The position numbers were made by a program, and so were the translations under genes. Source: Eledone cirrhosa (taxonomy: Eukaryota). From it: a stretch of DNA of 64,000 bases. Below, piece by piece: positions 1 to 14,605 of this stretch. The stretch is taken from contig OZ024742.1 in NCBI GenBank assembly GCA_964016885.1, positions 172,298,001-172,362,000 on the forward strand. The letters run 5' to 3'. The stretch's first letter is position 1, and the number at the start of each line of letters is the position of its first letter. The notes under the pieces were generated by a model. The model had not been told where the DNA came from. It did not search any database and saw nothing but the letters and a program-made list of their open reading frames with translations.

Positions 1-420
1 GCGGGCGCGCTTAGAAGCAGTAATGGGTGGGTTTGGAAAGAAGCGAGAAGTGACGGGAGGATAAGTCGCCGGAGTTGTAGGCTGATGGGGTGATAGGTGA
101 GAGGGAATGGAATACGGGTGTTGGGAGGGCGAGGGTGAGGTGAGACGGCTGTGATGCGGTCTGTTTCACGGGCGCGGATGAGAGCAGCTAGGATCAATGT
201 GGGGCATTTCCACGCTGGATGAAGCAGGAAGACATGCGAAGGGAATGGGTTTCGAAATCGTCGTCCTGGCTACAGAGTCGACGAAGACGGAGGAATTGGG
301 AATACGGTATGGAATGTGTGGTGTGGGTTGGATGGGAGGAGGTGAAGTCTTGATAATATTGGGAGTCTGTTGGTTTAATGAAGACGGAAGTAGAGAGGGT
401 GTGGAGAGTGTGATTAATAG
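1..420 (-). pseudogene. Penelope-like element RT thumb/C-terminal fragment (Neptune/Poseidon-like), degraded and cut by the window edge
   Basis: Manual minus-strand translation gives LSTSVFIKPTDS..DFTSSHPTHTTHSIPYSQFLRLRRLCSQDDDFETHSLRMSSCFIQRG, matching the PLE thumb motif SIPYSQFLRLRRICS...F..RGY. Confidence 0.8.
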
Positions 421-497
421 ATAGAGAGAAATCTAGAAAAGCGACAGAAGAATCGGAGACGGAGGCGGTGGAATTGAGAGCAGGGGAAAAGTGTCAG

Positions 498-686
498 GAC
501 CCCGACGGCAGAGCTCAAGCCGTTTCGACGGCTATTTCTGGACATAAATAGTCCAGAAATAACCGTCGAAACGGCTTGAGCTCTGCCGTCAGGGTCATAC
601 TTTTTCCTATTTCCCACTCTACTGCCCTAAGTATTGAGTACTCTGGTGCGTTATGGTCCATCTGGTTCCTTACCACAATTCCTTTG

Positions 687-688
<2 letters not shown>
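498..688. mobile_element. PLE pseudo-LTR end (family A) as a foldback carrying the 3' half of a hammerhead
   Basis: Hairpin 498-596 (gaccccgacggcagagctcaagccgtttcgacggctatttctggac / reverse complement); homologous to 41793-41930, 47355-47400, 49025-49115, 13966-14240 and 63020-63145; ends at a (TA)n tract. Confidence 0.8.
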
Positions 689-769
<81 letters not shown>

Positions 770-1229
770 AACAGATGTTTAAGCGAATACACTATGCTTT
801 TACACTTACATGGATCTTTAGATACTGACAGAGGCCACTTAAAATTTGTAGACGCATATGTAACCATTTCAGAGTATTACGGACGCATTTTAATGTGAAT
901 ACCGTATTCAAATATTTCTGATTAATGTTTGTTTGCGCATGTATCTCTCACTCCCACGTCTCTATCTCCTTCCCTCGTATATTACCCTCGCTTTCAGTTT
1001 TTCTCTCTCTCCCTTACACCCTCTGTATCTTTCACTCTTTCTCTCTCTTCCTTTTACTCTTTCTCTCTACTATGCAAAGTAACATTACTATATTTAACAC
1101 ATCATATTAATAGAGTGCAATAACCTGCACACTACAGCAGTGATGCACTAAATGGAGTATAATAAACTGCATGTTACTGCAGTGATGTTCTAAAATATAG
1201 TTCTCAGTTGCATTTAGACATTGGTATAG

Positions 1230-2710
1230 CAATATCGATCACATAATTGGTTGCAGCTGCATTTGTGCAGATATCAGCAAAAATGACATCAACAATATTA
1301 ACATCAACACTAGCATCTCTAACAATAACCACAACAACAATACTAAGAGCGACACAAACAATAACAACAACATGAGCAACACTAACAGTAACTGCAACAA
1401 TATCAATACTGGCCTCTCTAACAATAAATACAACGGCAAACCCGGCGTCACTATCAATAACGACAACACCAACAACATCAATATGAATAACTACAACTAT
1501 AACAGCAAAAACTAAATGAACGCCCACACTATCAATAATTACAAAACAAACATTAATATCACACAAGCTTCATTAAGTATAACTACAATAACAACAGCAA
1601 TACCAACATTACTATAAATAAATAAATACAGCAGCAACAACATAAACAATATCAGCAACAGCCTCACCAACAATAACGACAGGAATTACGACAGTAACAA
1701 TAACAATTTTATCAACAACAACCTTTCTAATAATTACTACAACATAAACACCAGCCTCACTAACAATAACACCATCACTAACAATGATATTAAAGACAAC
1801 TACATCAACAATAGCAACACTAACAGATAACTGCAACAACTATGTGAGCATCAGCAACATTAATATTATTAACTGAAACTACTGCAACAACAATAACAAC
1901 TGCAGCTATATCGATAGCAACAACAAAAAAACATTAGCAACAACACCAAAATCATTGATAGTCGTAACAAAGACACAATAGAAGCAACGAATTTTTTTTT
2001 TGGTGCTGGGGCTGTCGATTAAATCGACCCCAGTACGTTACTGGTGTTTTACTTTATCGACCCCGTAACGATGAAGAGCAAAGTTAACTTCGGTGGGATT
2101 TGAACTCAGACCGTAAAGCGACGTAACCCTATACTGCAAAGCATGGCGTCCGACTCTTTACCTTTACTGCCAATCCACCTCCACAAGACACAATAAAAAT
2201 AATAGCAACAAAGTAAAGAAATAGGAGAGAAAATAATAACAACAACAACAACAACAGCACCAATTACAACAAGATGGCAATAGCAACAATGAGAGTAGCT
2301 ATCTCCACCATAAATACTCTAAGGATTGCAGCACCACCACCCAGGAGGACAGCACCCAACCACCATCTCTACCATTAATAGTATAATAATCACCAATAAC
2401 AATAATAACACCAATAACATCACCAACGGCAATAACAAAGATAATATCACCATTAACTATAACAGCAAAACAACTAAAATAACATAAATAATAACATCAA
2501 CAATAACATCAATACCACGATCACGACTAACAACAACAGTAACAGCCGTAACATTATCATTAAAAAAATATATATAACAATATCAAAGCCTGACAACGAC
2601 CACCACTTACAACAATAATATCACTAACAGCCAAAATAACATTTACAATCCCCACCAACTCAATAACTAACATCACAGGACAGCAACAAGTACAACGACA
2701 ACGATAAAAT
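1230..2710. repeat. Degenerate (ACA/ATA)n trinucleotide low-complexity tract
   Basis: Runs of acaacaataaca; source of the Val/Ile-rich spurious ORFs. Confidence 0.85.
2002..2183 (-). mobile_element. tRNA-derived SINE (abundant family with ctttcatc..ggggtcgataaa..gtaccag core)
   Basis: Minus strand has A box TGGCAGtaaaGG and B box GAGTTCAAATCC, followed by the conserved core; many copies in the window. Confidence 0.85.
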
Positions 2711-5278
2711 GCGCAATGATTACTACTATAATGCTATCTATTTAGTTTTTTCTTCTTCAATTTTACGTCTAGATATTATCAAGAGAGTCATTGCAGGTTG
2801 TCTTGCAATTTTTAGAAAGGTCGTTGACTTGGAAATAAAGATTGGAAGTGTCTTGTTTAGAAATGATTAGTTAACACAACTATTGTAAACATCTCTCTGT
2901 GAAATGGGCAATGATACACATTCTAGTATATTTCCGCGCGTGAGGTATTATCTCCAACGATTTGATGATACAAACCAAAACATTATAGCCATATACAGCG
3001 CTGAACTCTAAGAACCGTTAGAGTGTAAAGAACAACTTACAGCAGAATGGCCTCAGCCGTTGATTGTTCTTGATTAAGAATGGTGTGCCAGAGATTGAAT
3101 ATAATTGACTCAGCAGAGAGCTGCATATCTTAATAAGAGAACATAGTTACGCGAAGAATTAGTTTTACTAGTATCAGAATATAATTGGTTGAGGTGAAAT
3201 GTGGCTGTACTAGGTACCTAATGTCATTGGCTGAGGTGTGTCATGGTTGAAGAAATTGCAGAATAGGATTGACTAAACTGGGACCTTGTTATTTTAACGA
3301 CAGAATCTGACTAGACCATGTGAGACTTGGTGATACAATTCACTTTTAGCTTGGAAACATCAAATTTATCATTTATTTGATAGTCACAAATAGTTCTGCA
3401 CAGAACTGATAACAATAGAGTATACCAGCAAAAGCTAAACTAATCTAATCTCAGAATGGGAAGAAAAAACAATACTCAAACTTGCTCAACACTTGTACAC
3501 GTATGTATAGTATATTAAGGAAATATTAGGAAACACCCATTTCGTGGACGATTAACAAACACATTTTGAAAAGTTGTATTTGGGAAATCTGTTGCAATAC
3601 AAGCTAGAAACACAAGAGAGAAAACTTGTGCAGATTAAATCAAATAAGTAAAAAAATTAATTAACAATTAAAAAATATATTTCATGATATTTCAAGTTTA
3701 AGAATCTTCCTTAAAAACAGAAAGGACATTCAGGGGGATTTTGATAACAGCCCAACCAACACACACCTTTTCATTTGTTTTGAAAAAGAGGTCTTAAGCA
3801 CGTATGTATGTATGAATACATAAGTGCTGGTGAAATCATGTGGGGAGGGCTTAGTGGCAAAGAGAGCATTTTGTATATCTGACAGAGCCCAACTCCTCTC
3901 CAAGTGTGACTGCAGCCGATTTCTTCCAGAGAAAAAGAGAAAGTGATAGCGAGAAATGAGAAAGAGATTTCGAGGATAAAACGAACTCAATATTGGACTT
4001 GCATATTTTATCGACCGCGACAGAATGAAAGAAAAAATACCTCGACACGTTTTAAACTCAGAATACAGCGAGCCCAAACAAGCAAAAGAGCTCAACATCC
4101 ACAGTTGAAATATCTAAAGATGATGATGTTGATGATGAGGATGATGATGAATCCTAGCGCAGCAGATAACTGCGATGACTGCAAAAGTCGCAACATAACA
4201 AAATACATTACTTGAGATATACGAATGCATTAAGACGATGTACGAGACAAACGTACGGCCAATCCATTAAAAAAAACATTTAGTTTATCCGTTTCGTCAT
4301 TAAATACTTTGCTGCAATTATATTAATTACCCTGGAGCTTCTAAAGATGACATAATGCAAATCAGCAATAATAACGTTAAGAATATAAAATCTATTCTGC
4401 GTTTGATAGAGGTAAAGCAACAAACGTAAAGCTGCGAGAAACCAGAATTGAAAACAGTTGACTACTGAGTCAACGTCCATGACATATTTGTATCTATTGA
4501 CTGTTAATGTTGAAGGAACAACATTATGCCACACTAAATGATATTCTAAAGCATAATATTATCCAGCATGATATTTATTTAAAGAATGTGTTACAATAAT
4601 ACGTTGATCCAGTTTTGAAACCCATGTAAAGTGACACCTACAAGAAAATCATAATATTAGTAAGATCAATATATTATCAGTGTAAATTAGAAACAAGTAT
4701 TTCTCCTGCCAGTTGTGAGGTTAATTAGACTGAAGGTTTTCCTGCTTCATGAGACGGAAAACCCCATCCAAACCCCTAGATGTGTCTTTAGTGCATGGCA
4801 AATTTAACATCCATTTTCTGCTGGAGGTTGAATTTTGTTTTCTAGCTGACTGGACAGAAACTATGTGAATAGAAGTGCCGCGTTCAAAGATAAAATCAAC
4901 CATACTCTCAGGCAATCGAACACACTACTTAAACAAAATTGATAAGGTCACACTAGGCAGTTGAAAAACTTTCTATAAGCAGATTAGAATGTTATTCAAC
5001 ATTAAAGAACCGGTTGAAATGAAAGCAACAATGTTGTTTACATCACTCGTTTTCACATGAAAATCTGACTCAATAAATGCAAGAGTGGAACATTAGAACC
5101 AGATCACAGATTACGCTTGCAATCGTTTCTCGATTGACACAGATAACATGTTCCAGCATCATTAATATGAACAGGTATATATACATCGACAGAGACGTTT
5201 CTACTAAATCTGCACTCTTCGTAAAAGTATTGAGTGATCATTCAGCTGCTTTCTGTATAGTCCAATATTTCAACGCAT

Positions 5279-5352
<74 letters not shown>

Positions 5353-5456
5353 GAGGGTGTTAAAGTTTGCTTGAAGCATTTTCACTTTTCTCCTATTTCT
5401 CACTCACTTCCTACCTCGAGATTTCCCATCTGCATTGTTGTGGCTTTCTAAACTAC

Positions 5457-5486
<30 letters not shown>

Positions 5487-5487
<1 letters not shown>

Positions 5488-6290
5488 CTACATACGTTAA
5501 AACGATCAAATTTTAGTTTAGAACATTTATTTGCTGACAATTGTTTCTTCCAGAGGGAAGTCTAGAGTCATCGGAGCATATGGAATGTCGAAACATGTGA
5601 CTAAAATCCTAGTAATTTAGAACATTTAGGGTACACAATTGTTATTAGTGTCATAGGCATGATGTGGAGAGTCAGAAGTTAAAACAGATGTTCTGCTTGA
5701 GAGAACACAATTACAGGCAGCACTGGTTGAAAGTGTACGAGGTATAAACTAAAAGTACAAGCAAAAAAGTGCAGGCAAAAAAGCTATAAGCAAGGAAAAT
5801 TGGTGTACAATGCAGGAGTCAATACAGTCAATAAGGCATGTATGGGGAAAGAGTTATAATGCAGTTGAAATAAACATATTTTGTGTGGGGTGTTAAAGCA
5901 TGTTATAATTGTTATAAATGTTTAAGATAGTGTACAATTGTTAGAGAGGCATCTGGTGATAATGTAGGTATTTGTTATGTGAGGTGTGATGCAAAGCACT
6001 AGATAGAGTTGGGTATGTGATTCTCAAATTTTGTGTTGTAGTTCGGAAGTATGTGTTTATGTTGTTTGTGGGTTATAGCTATTAACCATGGGATTATTTT
6101 GAGTCGTTTATAGTCAGTAGGTGTTTGTTTTTTAAATGTAAATTCCACCGAATTACTGGCCATGTTGTTATTGTAGGTATATTATCTTATGCATTTTTTA
6201 TCTACAAACTATCTCTTCTAGGGTTTGCATTAACCGTTATTAAGCTGTTGGTAAACCGTTAGGTTGCTTAATTTTATGAGTTTACTATAT
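5487..6290 (-). mobile_element. Highly degraded PLE fragment between (TA)n tracts
   Basis: Terminal HHR; residual IPMVNSYNP-like linker motif on the minus strand near 6070-6095. Confidence 0.45.
5532..5578 (-). ncRNA. Minimal type I hammerhead ribozyme (U4C variant) at the 3' end of a degraded PLE
   Basis: Minus strand: tgct CCGATGA c tctaga cttccc tctgga a GAAAC aatt GTC agca; stems I and II pair and stem III is palindromic. Confidence 0.7.
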
Positions 6291-7609
6291 ATATTAATAT
6301 ATATATATATATATATATATGCGTGTGTGTGTGTGTATGTGTGTGTATGTTTATATATGTATACACATACACATACACACACATATATATATATATATAT
6401 AAGACTCAGGCAGACATCTATATATATGTGTGTGTGTGTATATGAAGTCAGCAATTCACACCACGAGATTACATGGATAACTACAACCCTAACACAGTAA
6501 TAGCTGCGACACAGTAACAGTTCATTATGGTCAGCTAAGGCTATATTATGATCAATTTTCTCAGTGGAGTTCATTAAGTTTCTCCCCTGCCCCTGGCCAA
6601 ACCTTTCCTTTCGTATTTAGAGTAATTGTAGCTGAACATTTCGACCAGGATCTTTCGGGTCTCCTGAAAGATAAGGATCGCCAGATAATTGGATAAGATA
6701 CTAGAGTGGACAGTATGATAACGCTGAAATAAAGACATAAATACCGAACTATCGATTTATCGAAACACTGCCAGCTATGCTGGATAGATGTAGAGTGCGC
6801 TGAATTATACCATAGCTGAATCACGATGTGTATTCACTACGTATATTATATAGTGAAATATTTACTGGATAGATGGACAATAGATCATTATAATACACCC
6901 CAAAGATAGTGTTCACCCTTATCATACTCATATCAACAAAGCCTTTAGTAAATTAATTATAAAGAAAATGATGTAATGATACAGAAGATCGAAAAATAAA
7001 ATAAAATAAATTGCCATTATACTCTGATTGAATTGTCTCTGAATAAGAAAGATCGTATCGTTCTTCGCAGCTATACAATTATATTGCAATTATATAGCAT
7101 GAGGCAGTTTTACTTTTGAAGGATGTTTAACACTATATAGAATAAATATTCCTTTGAGATGTTGAATTTATTTCTTATTGAAATTTAGCATTGATGCAAA
7201 TGACATTGGTATTTATTGTGAAGTGACCGATATCCTAGATATAGAAATACAATATAAAATCCTTTCTTTGATAAACTGTCCTAACATTGAAATAGAATAA
7301 ATCTCTTCTAAGAATTAGCTTATTACAGTTTATGGCCTTACTTCAGACCAGAGAGATTTATAACCTCTGGATAACCAAAGGACTAGTGAAATCTCAAACT
7401 AAATTTGTAAGCTCCTCCGTGAATTTCTTTACTGAGTCTCGTTAATATCGTTAAGAAGACTTAATCTAATATATATAAATTACAACTGTATTGAGAACTG
7501 AAGTGGATGTTTCTGTCGCAGTTGTTCTCTCCATAGATTATATGTTGCGTTTTATTTTTTAGGATGAATCTGTTCACTGCCATGTCACCGTGACACCATA
7601 TAATCATGA

Positions 7610-7850
7610 ACTAGATGACCATCTACTTCAGTAACTAGGGGCAGTTATGTCATATTGCATATGAGCCTTTTTTTGTAGAGCTATATTTAGATCAGTAACT
7701 AGAGACACTCATTTAAACTGCTATGTTAACATTTATTAGTGGAGTTTCTTCTAGAGCAGTAGCTAGAGACATTCATGTGATCTGGTATATAAGCACTTAT
7801 TGGTGGAGACTCATCTACTGTCGTAACTAGATATAGTCATGTGATCTGGC
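7610..7850. repeat. Degenerate 64-bp minisatellite (about 4 units)
   Basis: agta(a/g)ctag motif recurs at 7630, 7694, 7758 and 7822, an exact 64-bp spacing. Confidence 0.75.
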
Positions 7851-10249
7851 GTCTACTGCACTAACATTTGAAAATCATGTAATTTTGCATGATTAGAATG
7901 GGCTACACACACAGATAGAGTGACAGTAAATTGCAGGAAAGATCAGTGCAAACATTTAAGTACTTCGATCATACATGAAATAATTTGTTTCTGGAGTTTC
8001 AATAGACATCATAATATAGTGAGTGAATTGAACTATTTATGAGTGTGAGGGAATCAAACCACTAAGTACACTATCTCTCTCGGTAGTCTTACTTCCTGCA
8101 ACACTAATATTTTGCACAAAGGCAGCAATATCTTACATTTCTATATTAACAAAAACACAAAATACTAAAGATCAAAATACAATAGAAATCTAAATGTATG
8201 TAATAAGTGTGGTTTAAGGGATAACGTATTGAATTTACGATAGTAAGGTCGGAGTTCCGATTCCTTGCAGAGTGTTGTGTTTTTAAGGAAGGCAATTAAC
8301 TTCACGTTGCTGCAGTCAATAATTTGAAACAAAATTGCTGTGGCACCAATATTTGAAATTGTCTCCTTATATTGTTTCTCCTTGAAATTGTAGTAAAGGT
8401 GCACATGTTTAAATAATGTTCTGCGTATTTCACATTAATTTCATAAAACTTGCTGCTCAGTTGATCCAACAATTAGGAACACATCGTCGAAATCAACTGC
8501 GGTCCAAGACACACTGGCAGTATTGTTAGAGTGTCGGACTAAATGCCTTTGTGTTTGTGTCGTCTCTCCGCATAAATCCATTTGTTCAACAAATCCAGGG
8601 CAGGTCAATTGGGGGCATTGCTCAAAAGTAGGACAGGTTGTTTTATATAGCCATTACTGCACTCTACCTGCTGAGTTAAATTCCAGTTTCATTCTGCCAG
8701 GATTTGCAGATAATAGCATTAATTGGTTTGCAAGATAATAGCATTAATTGAAAAACATATTAATTTACTTGTTCCCATCAATGTCATGATCGGCACCTTT
8801 CCTCTTTTTATTTTTAGCAAAGAATTAAAAATTCTATGTTGTTTATATGCTATGATTAAAAAAAAAAATCTTTTGAAATATTACGAGGGAAAATTAACCT
8901 CTCAAAAAATTGCTTTCGTGATGATTGAAAAAAAAGTTTGAAAACAAAATAATATCCAAATGGAGGAAAATATTGTCTGCTCTAATATAAATTGCTGTGT
9001 CACATCAAAGTGTTCTGCCCTCAACAGACTTCAAAGTAAAACAAATAAATAAGCGGATTAAACATAACGTTTATGTTCGCAGCTATAGACGAGTTTCCCA
9101 TGCATTATAAACGTCAATATATTTCAAAATGAAAGTAGGTAGGGTATACATGTCACAGTAATATATCTCACAAAGTACCTTGCGGTATTTAGTCACGCTA
9201 TGATTTGAAATTCCGCTATTATAAACTTTTTTATTTCATCGATAAAACACGTATCAGTAGAATACTGTTTGATATAATAAATATTCAACAGACAGCTATA
9301 AATTGGCAGCTTTGAATCCAATGCAAGCACTCGATATATTTGGGCAAATCGGTGAATGCGCACATGAAGTCGATGCAGTATTGGTCATTAGAGACAAATA
9401 TCTGCCATTGATCCCCTGTTCCATGTATTGCATTTGTCCGTTTTCAAGATATTAATGAAATTGTCTATTTAGTAAGAGGACGTAGCATGACCGAATGGTT
9501 CAGAATTCGTTTAGCAGTCATTTAACCGTGGGTTCAATCTCACTGCGGAGCATCTCAGCAAAATATCCCTTATCAAGTGGATCCAAGCCTTATCAGAGAT
9601 CATGGATTGGCAGAAATTGTATGGAAAGTCATCAGATGTACTATGTCTATAATTCAATGAGCTAGCTTTGTAGCACTCTTTATCAGGGTGAATCTCCCTG
9701 AGAATTACATTAAGGGTCCACGCATTTCCTTACTAATTTCATTTTGATCGAACGAGTAGAAAACTTATCGTCACGACAGACGATACTCCATTCCATTCCT
9801 TCTACGATACAAATCGTGAGTGCATAATGAGTATAAATCCCTATTAGAATTAGTAGTACGAAATAAGTTTCTGTTTGGAGAGCATGCTGCGGAAGTTGGG
9901 CCTTCTTCGATTCTGAAGATGAATGTTTCATTTGCTTGATTAATGGAAGGTGTAAGTGGCTGGGAATTTCAGAAGTATATGCACTTTTAACGTAGTTTTC
10001 AGGAAGATACAACGTGACACAGTGTGCGCGACAAATCTGGCATTTTGAATTACAGGTACAGCCAATTCGTTTTTCAGCCGGAGCAGTCATCGTCGAAACC
10101 GAGGGAAATCCATCATACATGTCATTTTCAGGTGTATTCAAACTCGCATTACAAACATGATTCTCCCACGATGTAGCAGTTTTACATTTTTCACAAAGGG
10201 AAAAAATTATAAATTGTCATGGTCATTTCATATGAGTATGTTCATAAAT

Positions 10250-10420
10250 GTTATTGGTTGGCAGATGTTTTGCGGAATTTGGTCTAGCTCTTTACGTTCT
10301 GAGTTAATATCTCGCTGTGGTTAACTTTGCTTTTCATCGTCTAATACCAGTCATGTAGTGATGTCGATATAATAGAATTTTCCCTCCCATCAAGTTGCTA
10401 GCCTTGTGCATAAATAAGTA
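10250..10420 (+). mobile_element. tRNA-derived SINE, degraded
   Basis: tacgttctgagttaatatctcgctgtggttaactttgcttttcatc matches the 2002-2183 family. Confidence 0.7.
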
Positions 10421-10544
10421 CCTCATGTGACTATGATTAAAACATAACGTGCTTGTGTAGAGAATGTTTTCATTTTAATTTTTAAATCAATTTGTTCTGT
10501 CCTACGCCATCTTGGCGAACACAGGAGAGGTAAAAAACAAAGAA

Positions 10545-10815
10545 AAGAATCCCCAGTCACTGAAGAGGTCACAGCATGTGTGACGCAAGAAGTTTGACAA
10601 TATATGAACAACCGTCCGGTTATGGAACCAACCAACCAACCGGAAATTTATAAATTCTTAAATTTATAAATTTAATTTATTATAAATTGGAGTGAAAGCA
10701 GCTGGTGCGTGTGTTTCTTATTGGCAACATGACCATCCCAACGCATAACAATATCGGTTTCAACACACGTTTTCAGATAAAGAATCTTGCTAAACAAATT
10801 CAGAAACGAAATATA
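10545..10815. repeat. Unclassified dispersed repeat (second copy at about 38905-39110)
   Basis: Shared blocks ccagtcactga..tgtgtgac and tattggca.catgacc.tccca...cacacgttttcagat in both copies. Confidence 0.75.
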
Positions 10816-10854
10816 AATAAATATATTCACATTTAAAGTAAGACAATTTATATT

Positions 10855-11130
10855 TAATAATGGTTTCTAGTTTAGGCAGAATATCTTTCACGGTGAGGAT
10901 GGTAACTCGAGGAAATCGACTGGCCTAATTTATTTTATTGACCCTGAAAATATGAGGGTAACGTTGACTTTGGAGGGATTTGATCTCAGAACCTAAACAG
11001 CTGTAAGTAAATAATTGTTTCTACTTTTGGAACAGGACAGCAATTACCCCAGTTCATTACTGGTGCTTTATTTTATCGCCCCCGTAAGGATGAAAGGCAA
11101 AGTTAACCTCGGCGTAAAGGGCCATAACTC
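10855..11130 (-). mobile_element. Two tandem partial tRNA-SINE copies
   Basis: ttattttatcg.cccc.taaggatgaaaggcaaagttaacctcggc core present twice. Confidence 0.75.
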
Positions 11131-13136
11131 TATTTTACCTGATTTCACACTCATATGATATAGTATGCGTCTGGCAATGATCTAATCTACAACTTGGTGT
11201 AGCGGGAATTAAAATCAGTGAAGTAAATGTGTGGAAACCATGCTGCAAATATTTTCGTCTAAAATTCTACATTTTATGTAAATATGAAATGTAAAAGCAA
11301 ATATGGAGGTGGTGAAGATTTTTGCCCGCTATTCATCATCAGTGTATTTACATTTCGTTAGTAAAGTAAAATAAACAATGGTCAGCTGAAAGTATTCTGT
11401 AATAATTGTCGCTGGTGTGAAAATAAAGAAAATTTAGGGAATGTTTGAATGTGTTATTCCTGTATCAATAATATCCACACTACGTGAGAGTCAGGAGATG
11501 TGAAATGAAAAGTAAACATGTGCACAATTGATATTGCTTCTATTTCTGTTAGACCAAAGGAAAAATCAATTTTAACTTCGCCATGTTAATGGCGGCCATG
11601 TATTTTTTTATTCGTTCGACGAATGCCAAGATATCAACTGTGTATTTATAAATGAAATATTGGGACTGCTGTTTTTTTTTACCTGCTAGGTTCTGAAGGA
11701 AATTTAAACAAAGATGAACTTTTATAGAGGCAAAATATTTTTTACTAGTGAAAGAATTGTGCTAGTCAAAGAATTTTACAAAGAATATAGAAGTATTCGA
11801 TACATTCCGAAACATCGCTGAGAGTTTAAGAATATTTTGCCACTACTTGGTTTGAGTTCAATCGCTTTGCGTGGAACTATGGATAAATGATTTCTAATAT
11901 AATCTTTGTTAATCAAAAACATGCACGAAACATTTAATGAATGACAACTGTATGAAACACTGCACCAGAAACATTAATCAGTCACTAATTTTGTAAACAT
12001 TAACTGAGCAAGAACTAAAGATTATTTAATAACCCATAATCTATTGCTCAACTCAAGATATGCGCATTGCTCTACAGTGTCTTATTAAGTAACATCCAAT
12101 CTTGAAACATCTTTCGTATTAGTTTATATTGTTAAGGAATCAAGCATATATATGACCATTTTAGTTGAAATGATTGTTGAAGTGTCATATACAATTAGTA
12201 TTTTGAAATAATAGGTTACTGATGGCTTCTATTATACTTGAAATTACAATCATATATTATAAACTCTTTAAATATATCACGAACGCATATATAAACGAAC
12301 GCATATATACAGATATGTGTAATCTGAAATTTGTTAAATATAAAAATCGATCCATCCAGGCTGATTAACTGGACTTGGTATGTCCCTTCTCGAAGGTACT
12401 ATTTGCTGGGCCACAAAAAGAAAAGAAAAGAAAACAAAACGAATGTGAATAACCTGATCACATTATCATGTATATGTGCGTTTTCTTCTACAACCTCATC
12501 TGCAGGGTTCATAGAAACTGAAGTTGTACAGTAGCACTCTGAACCCCAGTTGTGATGAACTATATCGTCAGAAAGTTCTTGCCTCATATAATCTTGTAAG
12601 AAGACCTTTCCATACACCCTATATATCTCAATAAGAGATGCACAGAGTGGTCATAAGAGCCTTGATGAAGGGCCAGGTGGCTAAATCAAATCGAAAACCA
12701 GTTGACAAGAACAGTTAGCCTATGTCTCAAATTACCTGCAATCGCTGTAGACATCTTCATATTACTTAACTAGATCTTGAGGTTTGAATCGACTGCTGCC
12801 AGATCTTTGGAATCAGATCTCACAGGAATGATTTAATATTTACTAGTATTAAGATGTTGTTACTACAGGCATTGACCATCCACCGTTCCAGGAGTATATT
12901 TATCATTTTCATGCTGTTAAATTTATCATTTTCATGCTGTAAAATTTATCATTTTCATTGCTGTTAAATGTCGGTAATACACTACGTAAAATCCCATTTT
13001 GTTGCGATAAAAACGTATCCAGTGAAATGAACTCCGTCTGACATTTTTGTGCAAATCTCAATAACCTACGACGCCCAACTCTAATATCTTACATTTTGTA
13101 TCTACATATATAACGAGTACATGCCAATATATAAAT

Positions 13137-13300
13137 CGCGTGGCTGAGTGGTTAGATAATTGGATTCGCAATCGTAAGGTTGTGAGTTCGATGCCTTATG
13201 TCTTTGAGCAAGACATTTTATTTAGATAGTATTAGCAATTGGAAAGGCCAATGGAAACATTGTTTCCTCGGTCCGATTTAACGGAAGTTGATCGACTGTT
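13137..13300 (+). mobile_element. Second tRNA-derived SINE family (degraded copies also near 9480, 26190, 39440 and, on the minus strand, 54500)
   Basis: gcgtggctgagtggttag (A box) ... gagttcgatgcc (B box) ... tttgagcaagacatttta. Confidence 0.65.
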
Positions 13301-13839
13301 GCTATATAAATATGTGTGTGTGTTTACCTATTTATATCAATGCACACATAAAAGCATTTAATAATTTCTTCTTTTTATAATCAGTAATTAAAAGCGAAAT
13401 CAATATTTATTTGAAGTCAAAGTGCCGTGAGACGAGATAAACAATCTAATATGTATTGCATTAAAAGACAGACAGAATTTGTGATTGCTAAGCACACGTT
13501 CAGAAATATAGATAAGTCATTTTTTGAAAAACACAAAACAAAAATTTATATTTCAAATAATCAACTTTGCAGAGAATTCTGGAGAAAATGACACATTCTC
13601 CCTAGAGAAATACAAATAATGGAATTTATCAATTTGCTGTTAATTGTTTCAACGTAACAAATTACAGCCCCACTACGTTACATTCACAGAAAATTTACTC
13701 TCTAAAAATTTACGCACAGTCATATTCTATCCGCACCTTTTCTCTATAAATTTTTATATCTATGTATCGCACATTAAAAGTATATGCAGGTCACCAATTT
13801 TAAAATCTCTGACTCTCTCTATCTCTCTCAATTTCTATC

Positions 13840-14240
<401 letters not shown>

Positions 14241-14270
14241 TATATATACTTTCCTATATATATATATACA

Positions 14271-14353
<83 letters not shown>

Positions 14354-14546
14354 GGTTTGAGGTTCACCACTGGATAGAGCTGGTCAATTCCGTATGGTCA
14401 ATCTTAATGTAATAATATGGAGAGTACTCAACGTAAAGCAGTTCAACCGTCTTCGTTTTTGTAGTTGGTGGTACTAGTTAAATATTATAATAAAATGACA
14501 GGAGGCTGGACTTGTGTAAATCCTTGAAAGGTTTATTGTACTATGA

Positions 14547-14605
14547 TCATTTCAATGACCGGGTTTCGTATGAATCCGGTGATATCATCAGGTATTCGAA
14601 ATGAT
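14547..14605 (-). ncRNA. Type I hammerhead ribozyme
   Basis: Minus strand: atcatttcgaat ac CTGATGA tatcaccggattcatac GAAAC ccg GTC attgaaatgat; canonical core with an extended stem I. Confidence 0.65.

Noticed and set aside
634-898. YI-, CV-, SL- and HT-repeat ORFs here and throughout the window
   Set aside because: Translations of (TA)n, (TG)n and (CT)n microsatellites, not genes
1204-1839. Hydrophobic Val/Ile-rich ORFs resembling membrane proteins
   Set aside because: Antisense reading of the (ACA)n low-complexity tract
2002-2183. tRNA genes
   Set aside because: A and B boxes belong to SINE heads; no cloverleaf
9710-10141. 143-aa ORF (also 4721-4915 and 12399-12617) as host exons
   Set aside because: No recognisable domain or convincing splice context; cannot be supported without expression data
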